A DNA stretch of 64,000 nucleotides from Azolla caroliniana (Eukaryota; Plantae; Polypodiophyta). Every line of letters starts with the position of its first letter. The first letter of the stretch is position 1. The stretch spans positions 19,158,001 to 19,222,000 of the forward strand of contig JBHGNT010000002.1 in NCBI GenBank assembly GCA_043228905.1, given 5' to 3'. The notes under the pieces are model-generated. The model did no database searches, was not told where the DNA came from, and saw only the letters and a program-made list of their open reading frames with translations. The position numbers and the translations under genes are program-made. Shown here in pieces: positions 53,666 to 64,000 of the stretch.

Positions 53666-56389
53666 ATGGACCCGCAAACGCTGTCGGAAGCCGCCAAGAC
53701 ATGGCTGAAGCAACACGGGCTCGAGGGCTTCTTGATGATGATGGAAGTACCGCCACACAAAGAAGCCGACAAAGTGATAAACGAAATCGATACAGAGGTC
53801 ATAACGGCAGAGGCGATTCGAGCATTAACAGGCCTTCCGGAGGGAGGCATACTCACGATCGACAACCCAACCCCGGAGCAACTCATCAGGTAATTTGGTG
53901 AGTACTCTCTAGCCAGGAAGGGCTACCGGACACAGGGCGGCGGAGATATGCTGTTCCGCGAAATTGCTCGTGTGCTCCATGAATACGGCCACATATACCC
54001 TAGATCCCTTGTCATGCCGCAGAACCGGGCAGGGATGATCATCGCCACCTATGAAGGGATCTAGGTGGATTGGCCGGTATTGATTGCAGACGGGTTGTGT
54101 GCGGCGATCGAGATCGTCAGAGGCAAAGACGGCAAAGAAGGCCGAGACGGACGAAGGATATGGCACGCCGTAACGCAGTGGCTCACCTTGCTGGTACCAC
54201 CCGTTCAGACCGTCCAACCCAAGAAGCGAGGAAGAGTGCCGGACGGCACACCAAGGACGGCTTCCAAACGGCAACAGCTGTTGGCCTCGAAGGCCACTAA
54301 GGGAAAGGCGGCGGATGCAGAACAGGCGGCAACAGGAAGCGGCAGCCGGAAGCGCCCAACGGAGGCGCAGGAGGAACCACCGGCACGGCCTGTAAAGGTC
54401 ACACTCCGCCGACCGGTGAATCGAGAAGCGGACCCCTTGGCGGCAAAACTCAATGCCGAAGCTCAGGAGGAGGAAATAGAGGAGGAGCCTACGGAGCACC
54501 TCCAGCGACGGTCGTCGGCAAGGACCGGTGACGCAGCCGGGAAACGTTCGGACCCTCAGACAGAGGGAACACCGGCTCCCCATACTGAGACTCCCACGCC
54601 AAGGAAGGAACCGGAACCGGTGCAGATGGCACCGGAAACAGAAGCCCCGGCACCACCGACAACACCGGCAAGTCCCATCCCGCCAGAGCCGGAAAGGTCA
54701 CTGCAGCCTCCCTCGGTCAGCCAAAAAGAAGCGCAATGGGAACCAGGACAGCAGGATGGTCCACAGGCAGAAACGGAACTGCAACTCGACGCAACCAGGC
54801 GGGACCACCCCTCTACAAGTGAGCCCATCTATCAAACCTCCGTGGAAGCACAACAAGGCACCGGTAGCCTATGGCTCCGGTGGATAGGCGAACAAATAGC
54901 CGGAGCAGTGGGGTATATAGAGGCGGAAGAAAGAGCGCAAAGCGAACGGTTGCTCGTCACAACCGAACAACTAGAGACGGCCCGGTCCAGAATCCGGTGC
55001 CTTGAAAAAGATTTGGATCAGGTCACGACAGAGATGGCCAAAATACGGATCCAATGACCGGTGACTCCGGTAAGTGTACAGAATAAAGAAACGGAACGAC
55101 CTGTACATAGCAATAAGACCCCGGCAACGGAAACCGTTCCGGCGAGAGATGCGGTGCAAGCTCGGGAGCTTGCGGAATTGAGAGAGGAACTTGCCGCACA
55201 AGAAGCACTAAGGAGCCGTGAACGAGAATTGAAGACGGCGCCCGAAGCCGAATTAAAGAAGACTGCTGAGAACCTCCGCCGGGCAGAGGAGAGCCTCCGG
55301 AAAGGCCATCAAGCGTACGACCGGCTAAAGGAGGAGAAAGACAAAGTGCTGCAGGAAAAGGACAAGTTACGGAAAACAGCGGAAACAGAGATTGAACGGC
55401 TAAAGGAAGAGCTCCGCTAGCAGAAGGACCGCGAGGACCGGGCCCGTCGTCAGATCAACGCACGGCTCAAGCAAAAGACGGATGATTTTGAGCACCTGCA
55501 CCGGGACTACAAACGGTTGGAAACGGAGCATAAAGAACAGATGGCCGAGCTCCAGCAGGCAGTTGATCGGGCCGCGACGGCGATCGCCGACGAACGGGCG
55601 GAAAATACAAGACGCTTGGAAGAGGCGGAGGAGGTCCGGATGGAGCTCCAGAAGCAGCAGCAGGAAGATAAAGAGAGAGCGTCAACAATATTGCAGAAAT
55701 TACAAAGTACATATCAAAGGCAATTGACGCATTACAAGGCGCAGGCAAAGGACAACGTCAAAATCATCAAACAACTGAAGGAGGAACGACAAGCGGCGGA
55801 AACCAAATCGCAATTGGGAACGAGCCGGATTCAGTCCATCCTCCGGGCATGGCTGAATCAGACGAAACACTTGATTGATGAAAGCTCCGTAAAATGGTGG
55901 ACAAAGTGGGCACAAAACGCGGCGGAACTCCAGTTGCTACAGGCGGATGTGGCAAACCGGCGGAAGGAAGGAGATGACTGTTATACGTTGACTTCCGAGG
56001 ACTTCACCGCCATACGGGACGAGCTGGCCGACGACTTCCAAGTCCTGGCAGATGAACAGCTGGCGCAGGTCAGGCAGCTCGTAGCTCAGCTGGACGATAA
56101 TAGGCTGGACGCTCAAATCCAGTTTGAAAGCTACGAGCGGTCCCGGGTATGGGAAGAAAAAGCACGGGAAGCGACAACGGTTAACCTTAGTGATGAGGAA
56201 CCGTCGTCGGCTGAAGGCCAGCCGAGAACCAGTCAACCGGAGACCACTACGACACACGGAGCAACGACGGAGACGTCGGGGTCAGAGCCACAAACGGAGG
56301 AGCAGCCGCAACAACAACAACAACCACTTCCAGATGAACCATTGGAGCCTCTCGAACAGAGCATTCTAGACATTTTGGACGAAGAATAG
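53666..56389 (+). pseudogene. ~907-codon accessory ORF downstream of pol (globular N-terminus, Pro/Glu-rich linker, long coiled coil)
   Basis: ORF pieces at 53666, 54065, 55061 and 55517 share one frame and are separated only by point stops. Confidence 0.85.
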
Positions 56390-56424
56390 CAAGGGTCGGT
56401 TGTGGATTCGACGTACAAGGTACT

Positions 56425-56441
56425 GTCCCACGGGCGTGCCA
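56425..56441 (+). other. Anti-PBS (tRNA-Arg 3'-end copy) occupying the PPT position
   Basis: GTCCCACGGGCGTGCCA + TG + TGTTACC; no purine tract. Confidence 0.88.
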
Positions 56442-57033
56442 TGTGTTACCGGCCGGGAAAGGAGTCCGGAGTGGGAAACGGAGAGCTAATTAAGTAGTAG
56501 GAATGGGGTTGTAATTAAGCTATGAGTGTGGACGGACGGACCGGAAACGGTATGCCGTTCCGGATCCGGACCGATCCCGAACAGGTGCGGAGGGCACCGT
56601 TTTGTAATACAGACCGGAAACCTATTTAAAGGCCCGGATACAATGTAATAGTTAGCGGTTAATTAATGAAAGCTTAAGCGTTGTTATATCTCTGTGTTAA
56701 TTGCCGTTCTGTCTTAATTGTTATATCTTACGCGTGTTATGAAGACGATCCTAATAAGTAACTTGATAAAGTCGGATTAAGCGTTGAAGTCTAATCCGGT
56801 TGCCGTAACACCCTTTGGTGAAGTGTCTCCCATAGACACCCTGTGTTAGGCCATTGTTTGGCCCGAAGAGTTAATACTTTCGGATAGAGATACACCTCGA
56901 TTCTCTCTGTATTGAATGCGTGCTGCCTAGGATTTCACCTCAGCCGACTTGTACCTACCTACTTACCATACACCGAAAAGTGTGCTTGCGTGTAAGGGCC
57001 GGTTTCCGCCTAGGGACGGTTTTCTTCACGACA

Positions 57034-60000
57034 CCGTATAGGCTCTTCTTCAATCGACACACTAGGTGCTCCTTCCCTTTCTTCTCAAATCCTTCCGGTT
57101 GATGCATATAAATCTCTTCTTCGAGGTCACCATGGAGGAATGCCATTTGCACATCCAGTTGCTCTACCTCGAGGTTCATGCTTGCCGCTATGCCCAATAC
57201 CGTATGGATGGATGTCATCTTTACTACCGGGGCAAAGATCTCATCGAAGTCCACTCCTTTCTTCTATTGCAAGCCCTTCACCACGATTCGGGCCTTATAC
57301 CTTGGTGGATTTCCGACATCTCCCAGTTTCAGGTTGTACACCCACTTGTTCCGGAGTTCTCTCTTCATTTTCAGCAACTCCGTCAGTTCATATGTGTGGT
57401 TCTCATACATGGAATCCATCTCGTTCTGCATGGCACTCAACCACTTGCGATTGTGGGTGTCTCTCTTTGCTTATTCGAAGCTTTCTAGCTCCCCCTCATC
57501 AGTTAGCAACACATGCTCTGCATCTGGAAATCTCTGGGGGGCTCTTCTCTCTCAGAGAGGTTATCTCTGTCCTTGGTTTCTAACTACCGGTTCCTCCGTT
57601 TGTTCCGAATCCGAATCCAATTCGGGATCTTGTCCGGTTCCGGTGTCTTCTTCTTCTTCTTTGGTCGGTTTGGTTTCCTGTCCGTATCCGGCCGGTTCGT
57701 CGAGTCTCATCCGGTTATCGGCCAACATCCGGTTTCCAATCGATTAGGTTCTTGTGTCCTTAAACCGTTTTTCATTGGATGATCCGGAGTTTATCATCTT
57801 CTTCTCTGACTCCCAGTCGGCAATGGTCCTGTCTTCCATGAAGACTATGTCCCGACTCTGGAACACCTTCTTGTCGACCAAATCCCACACCCGGTAACCA
57901 AACTCATCATTGTCGTATCCAAGGAATATGCATGGCCTGGACTTTGGATCCAGCTTTGCTCTCTTGTCCTTTGCAATATGCACATATGTGAGACACCCAA
58001 ACACCTTCAGATGCCGGTAAGATACATCTTTACCGGTCCACACTTTCTGAGGTGAGTCTCCTTCCAAGGGTGCTGAGGGTAATCTATTTATCACATAGGT
58101 TGTCGTCGTCCGCGCCTCAGCCCAAAACGTCTTGGGTAACTTTGCATGTGCCAGCATGCTCCGGACTCTCTCCATTATGGTCTGGTTCATCCTTTCGGCC
58201 AGCCCATTTAGTTCCGGCGTCTTCGGCACAATAAACTCAAGCCTGATTCCCTTCGACCAGCAGTATTCCTTGAACTGCCCCCGGTATTCTCCTCCATTAT
58301 TTGCTCAAACCGCCTTCAGCTTTCGGCCAGTTTCTTTTTCCACTCTCGTGTGGAGCTCCTTGAAGACAGATAGCACTTGATCCTTCGTCTTCAATGGTGA
58401 GACCCACAGCTTCCGGTTGTGGTCGTCTATGAACGTCACGAATTAATGCGATCCGGCATGTGACTTCATGTTCACTTGACACACATCGGTATGCACCAAC
58501 TCCAATGGTGCATTCCGTCTCATCGGTGGTATTGACCGAAAGGAGGTTCCGTTTTGCTTGTTGGCCAAGCAATTGGTGCACTTCTCAAGTTGCACTTCCT
58601 TCACCGGAATGAGGTTGTCTTAGGCAAGCGTGTTCATCCCTTTCTCACTCATGTGACACGGTCTTTTGTGCCACAGCTCACCGATAGTGTCGGATGCTAC
58701 GTTCACTTCTTCTCGGCATATCTGGGCATTCATCAAGTACAGTGTGTTGACCTTCTAGGCTCGAGCCACTATTAGGCTCCCTTTGCAGAACTTCATAACA
58801 TTGTTCCAGATGCTACCCGTGTAGCCTTCATCATCTAGCCGATCAGCTGATATCAAGTTCAATCGAACCTCCGGAACGTGTCGGACATCCTTCAGTAGCA
58901 ATTTTCATCTTGTTGATGTTGTCAACAACACATCTCCTATGCCGATAATTCGTCATGTACCTTCATTCCCCATCCGACACAACCATGATCACCGGTTGTG
59001 TAGGATGAGAAGCAATTCCGATCCAGTGTTAGGTGGAACAACGCTCCGGAATTGACAACCCACGTTGTCTCGTCACCAACAAGGTTTAACTCATTCTCTT
59101 CGGTAATGAGAATCAGTTCTTCTTTACTTGTCGTGATTGCCGACGTTCCCTTCCGATCCAAGCCTCTCCAGTCCGAACTCTTCTTTGAATCGGTAGTGCC
59201 GGTTTCTTTCTCCTTCCGGAAATGCCGGTAGTTCTTCTGGAAGTGTCCCGACTTCCCGCAATAGAAGCATTGGGCCCTCCCCTTGACTTCGACCTCGGCC
59301 CCGACTTGTCCCGGTTTTGGGGACTCCGATACCAGCCTCTTCCCCGGTTGTGGTCATCTTTCGTGACCAAGGCCTTCGGGTCGGTTCTGGACTCCCGGTC
59401 CTTCCGGCGAGCTTCTTCATCTAGCAAGCTTGATTTTACCCTTGCTAGGGACAACTATTTTCCTTCCAGCCCAGCGTTGCCCAACGTGACAACTAGCGTC
59501 TCCCAACTATCCAGGAGGGAACCGAGCAGGATTAATGCAAGTACCTCATTGGCAACAGGTACTTCCAACAAGGTTGCTTGATGTATTAGCCCTTGGAAGG
59601 CATTCATGTGCTCCGCCATAATGGAGTCGTCCTGGTACCGGAACCTCACTAGCTTCCGGAATACCGAAACCTGATTAACGCCATTCTTGTTCTGGAACAT
59701 GATGTCGATCTTCTCCTGGAGTTCATGATCCTTTCTCTCTTCATTGAAGTTGTTCTATAGGCTCATGTCGATGAAGCACCATATGTATGTCGTCGTCTTC
59801 ATGTGCATCACCTCCCACATCGTGGCATCGATCTTATCCAGTCTCTTGTCCCCGAACTGGACCGGCAACCAAAGATCTTTAACCACCAGCATGTCCCTCA
59901 TCTTCGACTTCCACACTGAGTAGTTCGAGCCAGTGAGCTTGAACATGCCCCCGAACGATTCTTCCATTTCTAGTGTTGTTCACTCTGATACCAATTTGAG

Positions 60001-61392
60001 AAAAATAGCACGGAATATCGCTCGTCCACAACCAAGTCTTGAATCACAGAAATGGGGATGAAGAGAGAGTAGATAGAAATGACACAGGATGTTTACGTGG
60101 AAAACCCTAATAGGGAAAAACCATGGGAGCCCATGGACTCCAACTATCACTATATGAGAGGAAATACAAAGTGGAGGCATAGAGCCAATGATCTCGTGCT
60201 CGCGATCTTCGCTAGACGGCGGTTACAACAGATAGTGATCGTAGCTACTCTCTCCCTCTCTCTCTCTCTATACAACAATATGACAAAAATAACAACATAC
60301 CAAAGTGATTGCCCTAAGTCATATTTATACTTATATGAACTTAGGGCTATTTACAAATATAGCTTCAATAGGCTTACTCAAAACATATCTACAAATATGT
60401 CTTCTCTTCCGATTCTCATCGGGTCTCCTCCGGTTTCCGGATCTCTTCCAGTTCTCACCGGGTCCTCTTCATTCATCATCGGATCCCATCCGAAGGGACC
60501 GATTTCCCAAAATTCTCCCCCTTCACTCCGGCATGGGATGTCTCATCAGCCTGATCTGCTTTCGGCACGTGTTCAGCTTGTCGGTTGTCAACACCTTGGT
60601 CAGCATATCTGACCTACTCTCCTCCGTGTGGATCTTTGTCACCACGAACTCTTAATCTTCTACTCTCTCTTGGATCCTGTGGTACCTCCGCTGGATATGT
60701 TTCGTCCGGGAATGGTAGGCCGTGTTCTTTGCAAGGTGGATGACGCTTTGACTATCGCAATAGAGCCAGTATTCCTCTTGTTGGATTCCTACCTCTCCGA
60801 TGAAGTCCTTTATCCAGATTATCTGTTTGCCGGCATCTACAGTTTCCATGTACCCCACCTCCGTTGTTGACAATGCAACCATCTTCTATAGCCTCCACTG
60901 CCACGAAACAGCTCCCCCTGCATAAGTCATGACATATCCGAATGTAGACCGGTTGGTATCCGCATCAGCCGACATATCTGAATCCGTCAATCCGTCAAGT
61001 TCGGGATTACCGGAGCCGAACCGGAGGCACATACTCGAGGTACCTTTCAAATACCTGAGTATCCACTAGACCGCGTTCCAATGCTCTCTTCCGAGATTGC
61101 TCATGAACCATCTCACCACTCCGACTGCATATCCGATATCCAGTCGGGTACATACCATCACGTACATCAAGCTTCTGACGGCAAAGGCATATGGTATATT
61201 CATCATATCCGTCTTCTCCACCTTTGTCCTCGGGCTCTGCTTCCCGGATAGCTTGCAGTTTGCCGGAAGTGTCGATCCGACCAGTTTTGCCTCCGACATA
61301 TTGAACCGTTGAAGCACCTTTGTCACGTACTTCTCCTTTGACAACCACAACAACTTCTTTGACCGATCCCGGATGATGTGCATTCACAATAT
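57034..61392 (-). mobile_element. Ty1/copia tandem remnant: RT/RH - PPT - single LTR - PBS - gag/PR/INT/RT
   Basis: RH YCDSQS...RTKHI at 60652-60882, PPT GAAGGGGGAG ~60515-60524, LTR 59997-60511 and PBS TGGTATCAGAG ending at 59993. Gag MEESFGGM; RT broken at LKKSLYG by the LTR at 57033. Confidence 0.9.
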
Positions 61393-61975
61393 CTGTATAT
61401 ATAAAGGGTGAGAGACCATTGTAATAGCGAGCGTATTTTGAGAGTGCCGTTTTAATATAGTTTATCTTCTATGATCTTGGTGTCCTGTCCATTGGCCTAT
61501 TGGTGTCTTGTTTTCGTGTCTCGTTCTCTGTACAAGACTGTGTTTCAATTAATACAAGGTAAGTACACGTTGGGTACTATGCCCTAAGGAGACTAGGTTG
61601 TAGCCGTCTCCACCTTACGCCCTACTGATCACGCACTACGCATCTCTATTCCCTTGTAAGCTACCTCGAAGGACTGAGGTTAGCTTCTGTTCCTAACCGG
61701 TAACACCACCGGGGTCTCAGACAGGGGAGAGGTGGTTGACAGAAGGTCGATTTCTCTGGGGCCAGTTACACCGATTGAGGCACCAATCGCGACGATTTTG
61801 GATGCAAGCCGGAAGAAACTGAACTAGACAAATGTGGTTGTGACTGTATGGGTCCGAATGCGTTCCAAAAGCAGCCGCATTAAAGAGAGGAAGAGCACAC
61901 GCATGCACGCCGGCTCTTCTCACCCTCTTATATGCAAGACGACAAGTCTCCGAACCGAAAGAGGTGACACGCCGC

Positions 61976-64000
61976 TATCATGTGGTTTTTCACACACGAT
62001 ATGAAAACTAGTAAAATAAATATTTACGATTAGCTTAATATATAGATATGGAAAGATAGATGTGTTCAAGAGCTTTATAGCGTATTTTACTATGCATAAA
62101 ACGGATAAACAAGTATCAAGTTATGTGAGTGTGAAGTTTGAAGAAAACAAAAGAAAAGACAAAACTGTGAGATATCCCACATATATGGGACAACATTGGA
62201 ACCCAGAATATATAAGGGAAACCAAAACATATTCGTTCCATCAATGTGTGGAGCATAGAATGTTCAAGGTGACTTGGGCTACATTATGTGGTGTGCACGC
62301 TTCGGGCGTACGCGCGTGTGCATGGCTGCGTGGACGTTTACGGATGTACGCGCGCATGGACGTCTTTGGATGTACGCGCGCATGGACGTCTTCGGATGTA
62401 CGCGCGTGTGCAAGTTTCGGGCGCACGCATATGTGCAGATGAGCGCGCCGATGCGTGTGTGCGCACGCACACATGCATGGATGTGTTACACTACGGTGTG
62501 GTCGAACCTTTTGTGCGCAGATGCGTACACGGTGCGGGTTGGACGCGCATGCACGTGGATGCGTACACTACTACGCGGTTGGGACTTTTGCGCGCGGACG
62601 TGTCTACGGTTTGGTTACGACACACGTACGGATTGCGCACGGGCTAAACTTTATGGATGATTGTGTCATTTGGCCGAATTATACGGACAATCGCATGCAA
62701 CCAAAAGCCAAGGCCATGCAACTAAAAGTAAAAGGCATGCATCTAAAAATGGAAGCATGCAACTAAAAGCAGAGGCCATGCAACTAAAAATAGAGGCCAT
62801 CCAACTAAAAGTGGGCATGCAAAGTAACATTGGGGAGGAGGATCAATGAGGAGCTCGATATATGTCCCATTTTTCCCCTCCTAGTTTTATTTTTTCCCCT
62901 TCTTTCTTCTTCCCTCTCGGATTCGAGAAACAAATTATCTCACATATTGATATCAAACTCCTAGCTTTGTTTACTCGACATTTCTGGTAAAAAATTATCT
63001 CTCGTATTCATATCGGACCACTCCTTGCATGGTTGTTGGCTCCTTTCTTTGGAAAATTAATCTCTCATTTCCATACCCAACCAACCTATTGTAACACGAT
63101 TCTAAAATTATAAAGAATTGATTTTCTTTTGCAATAAACTAATGATTTGTCTCTCCCACTTGTCTTATGCTTAAAACTTGCTTTTGTTGTACATGTTTCT
63201 CTAAATCCTTCTAGTCTAGAACCCCGGTGGTTCCGTCTCACGATCCGCACATAGTGACGGATTTTCACGACATAATTAATTGGGGAACCCGACGTGAAAG
63301 AGGCGGTAGGAAGGATATCAAGTGAACAATGGCTTCAACAAGCGGAACTCAAGGAGAGGAATTAACGAAAGGTATGGTGTCCGTAGTGGAATACATGTTG
63401 AAAGTGAGAGATCGAGAAGCTTTAATCGAGAAAGCTGTTGATCGTACGGTCGAGATAGCTGGACGATTTGGTGGCAAGAACATCACGGATTTTCCTGCTA
63501 CCTATCGGAACGAGATGCAACAAAGGGATGTCAACGATCTCAAACAAATTTCTAGCTTCAAACGTGTGGTGGAACCACGGATCCGCGAGCGCATTATGGA
63601 GATCCAAAGCGAGCATGCAACTTGGGCGGAGTTCGAAAAGGCGCTTCTCGCTAAATACATGCTTGAAGACGCATCTTGGATGACTCGACATACGCTAATG
63701 TCTTGGATCGAGAAGAAAGGGAAGAATATGTGTGCGTATGGAGTATATGCCGAATTTGACTAGAAGTATAACCGACTTCCGAGTGTTAATCAACGAGTTC
63801 TCGATGGAGATAAAGTCCTACTATTCCTGAAGGCAGTGGATGCAAAAGATCGGCGTGAATTGGGTAACTTTTTGGAGGATGAAACACAACCAAATGGCTT
63901 GGTAGCGGACTGGGCGGCGGTGAAGAAGGCTTGTAGCCGTCTTGATAAGCGTCGACAATGGCAAGACGAAACTGATATGGAGAATCCACAATCGTGGAGG
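61976..64000 (+). mobile_element. 5' end of a tRNA-Trp gypsy element: LTR 61976-63272, PBS and gag (runs off the window)
   Basis: LTR end TTCACGACA, PBS TGGGGAACCCGACGTG at 63281; gag MAST...AGRFGGKNITDF at 63329. Confidence 0.9.

Larger units (their letters stand above)
50602..56876 (+). mobile_element. Athila/OTA-like gypsy element lacking PBS, gag and PR; carries pol and a large extra ORF
   Basis: 5' LTR part 50602-50779 is fused to RT; 3' LTR 56444-56876; TSD CTTTC on both sides. Confidence 0.92.
48356..57033 (-). mobile_element. Deleted tRNA-Trp-family gypsy element: LTR split by an Athila-like insertion, gag knuckle, protease and RT start
   Basis: LTR start TGTCGTGAAGAAAACC at 57033 (minus) is homologous to 39297 and resumes at 50601. 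WCDAVGHVRKD, LVDHGSEINLM, PWNLKPIPVP..EPSSAP. Confidence 0.82.
32203..61705 (+). mobile_element. Athila/OTA-like tRNA-Arg gypsy element inflated to 29.5 kb by nested insertions and deletions
   Basis: 5' LTR 32203-32636, truncated 3' LTR 61393-61705, TSD CCACC on both sides and PBS TGGCACGCTTGGTGG at 32641. Gag, PR (IIDGGS..LLGRPWL), RT 35410-36000, INT tail and extra ORF 36700-37392. Confidence 0.85.

Noticed and set aside
56800-56815. GTAACA at ~56809 as the end of the 3' LTR
   Set aside because: The flank does not match the left TSD; CTTTC recurs at 56877, placing the end at 56876
61711-61975. Host gene exon at the Athila-like target site (continuous with 32140-32202)
   Set aside because: GC-rich, but no recognisable protein motif or splice pattern in any frame
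62062-62766. Cys/Arg/Ala-rich ORFs (also 10950-11309, 41670-42380, 5745-6357)
   Set aside because: By-products of LTR or leader repeats with no domain motifs

Overview
This window is eukaryotic, gene-free heterochromatin, most likely from a non-seed land plant (inferred from the LTR lineages present). It consists almost entirely of nested, degenerate transposons. These include two chromoviral Ty3/gypsy elements, several tRNA-Trp-primed gypsy elements (Phygy/Selgy-like) and Athila/OTA-like tRNA-Arg-primed gypsy elements with a large extra ORF. There are also four Ty1/copia elements, several solo LTRs and a 3.8-kb TIR DNA transposon carrying a hairpin array. No intact host gene is present; one SpoU/TrmH (MRM1-like) rRNA-methyltransferase fragment is captured inside a non-autonomous LTR element. 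The most striking signal concerns the tRNA-Arg-primed family. Three 3' LTRs of dissimilar internal sequence (at 8, 8796, 56444) are preceded, 2 nt upstream, by a copy of the tRNA-Arg 3' end including CCA (GTCCCAC(G/A)GGCGTGCCA). Two copies are complete and have no polypurine tract; the third is cut by the window edge. The motif is the reverse complement of the family's own PBS, which suggests tRNA-type priming of both DNA strands or a PBS/anti-PBS RNA panhandle. All coordinates and alignments were read by eye; no searches were run.
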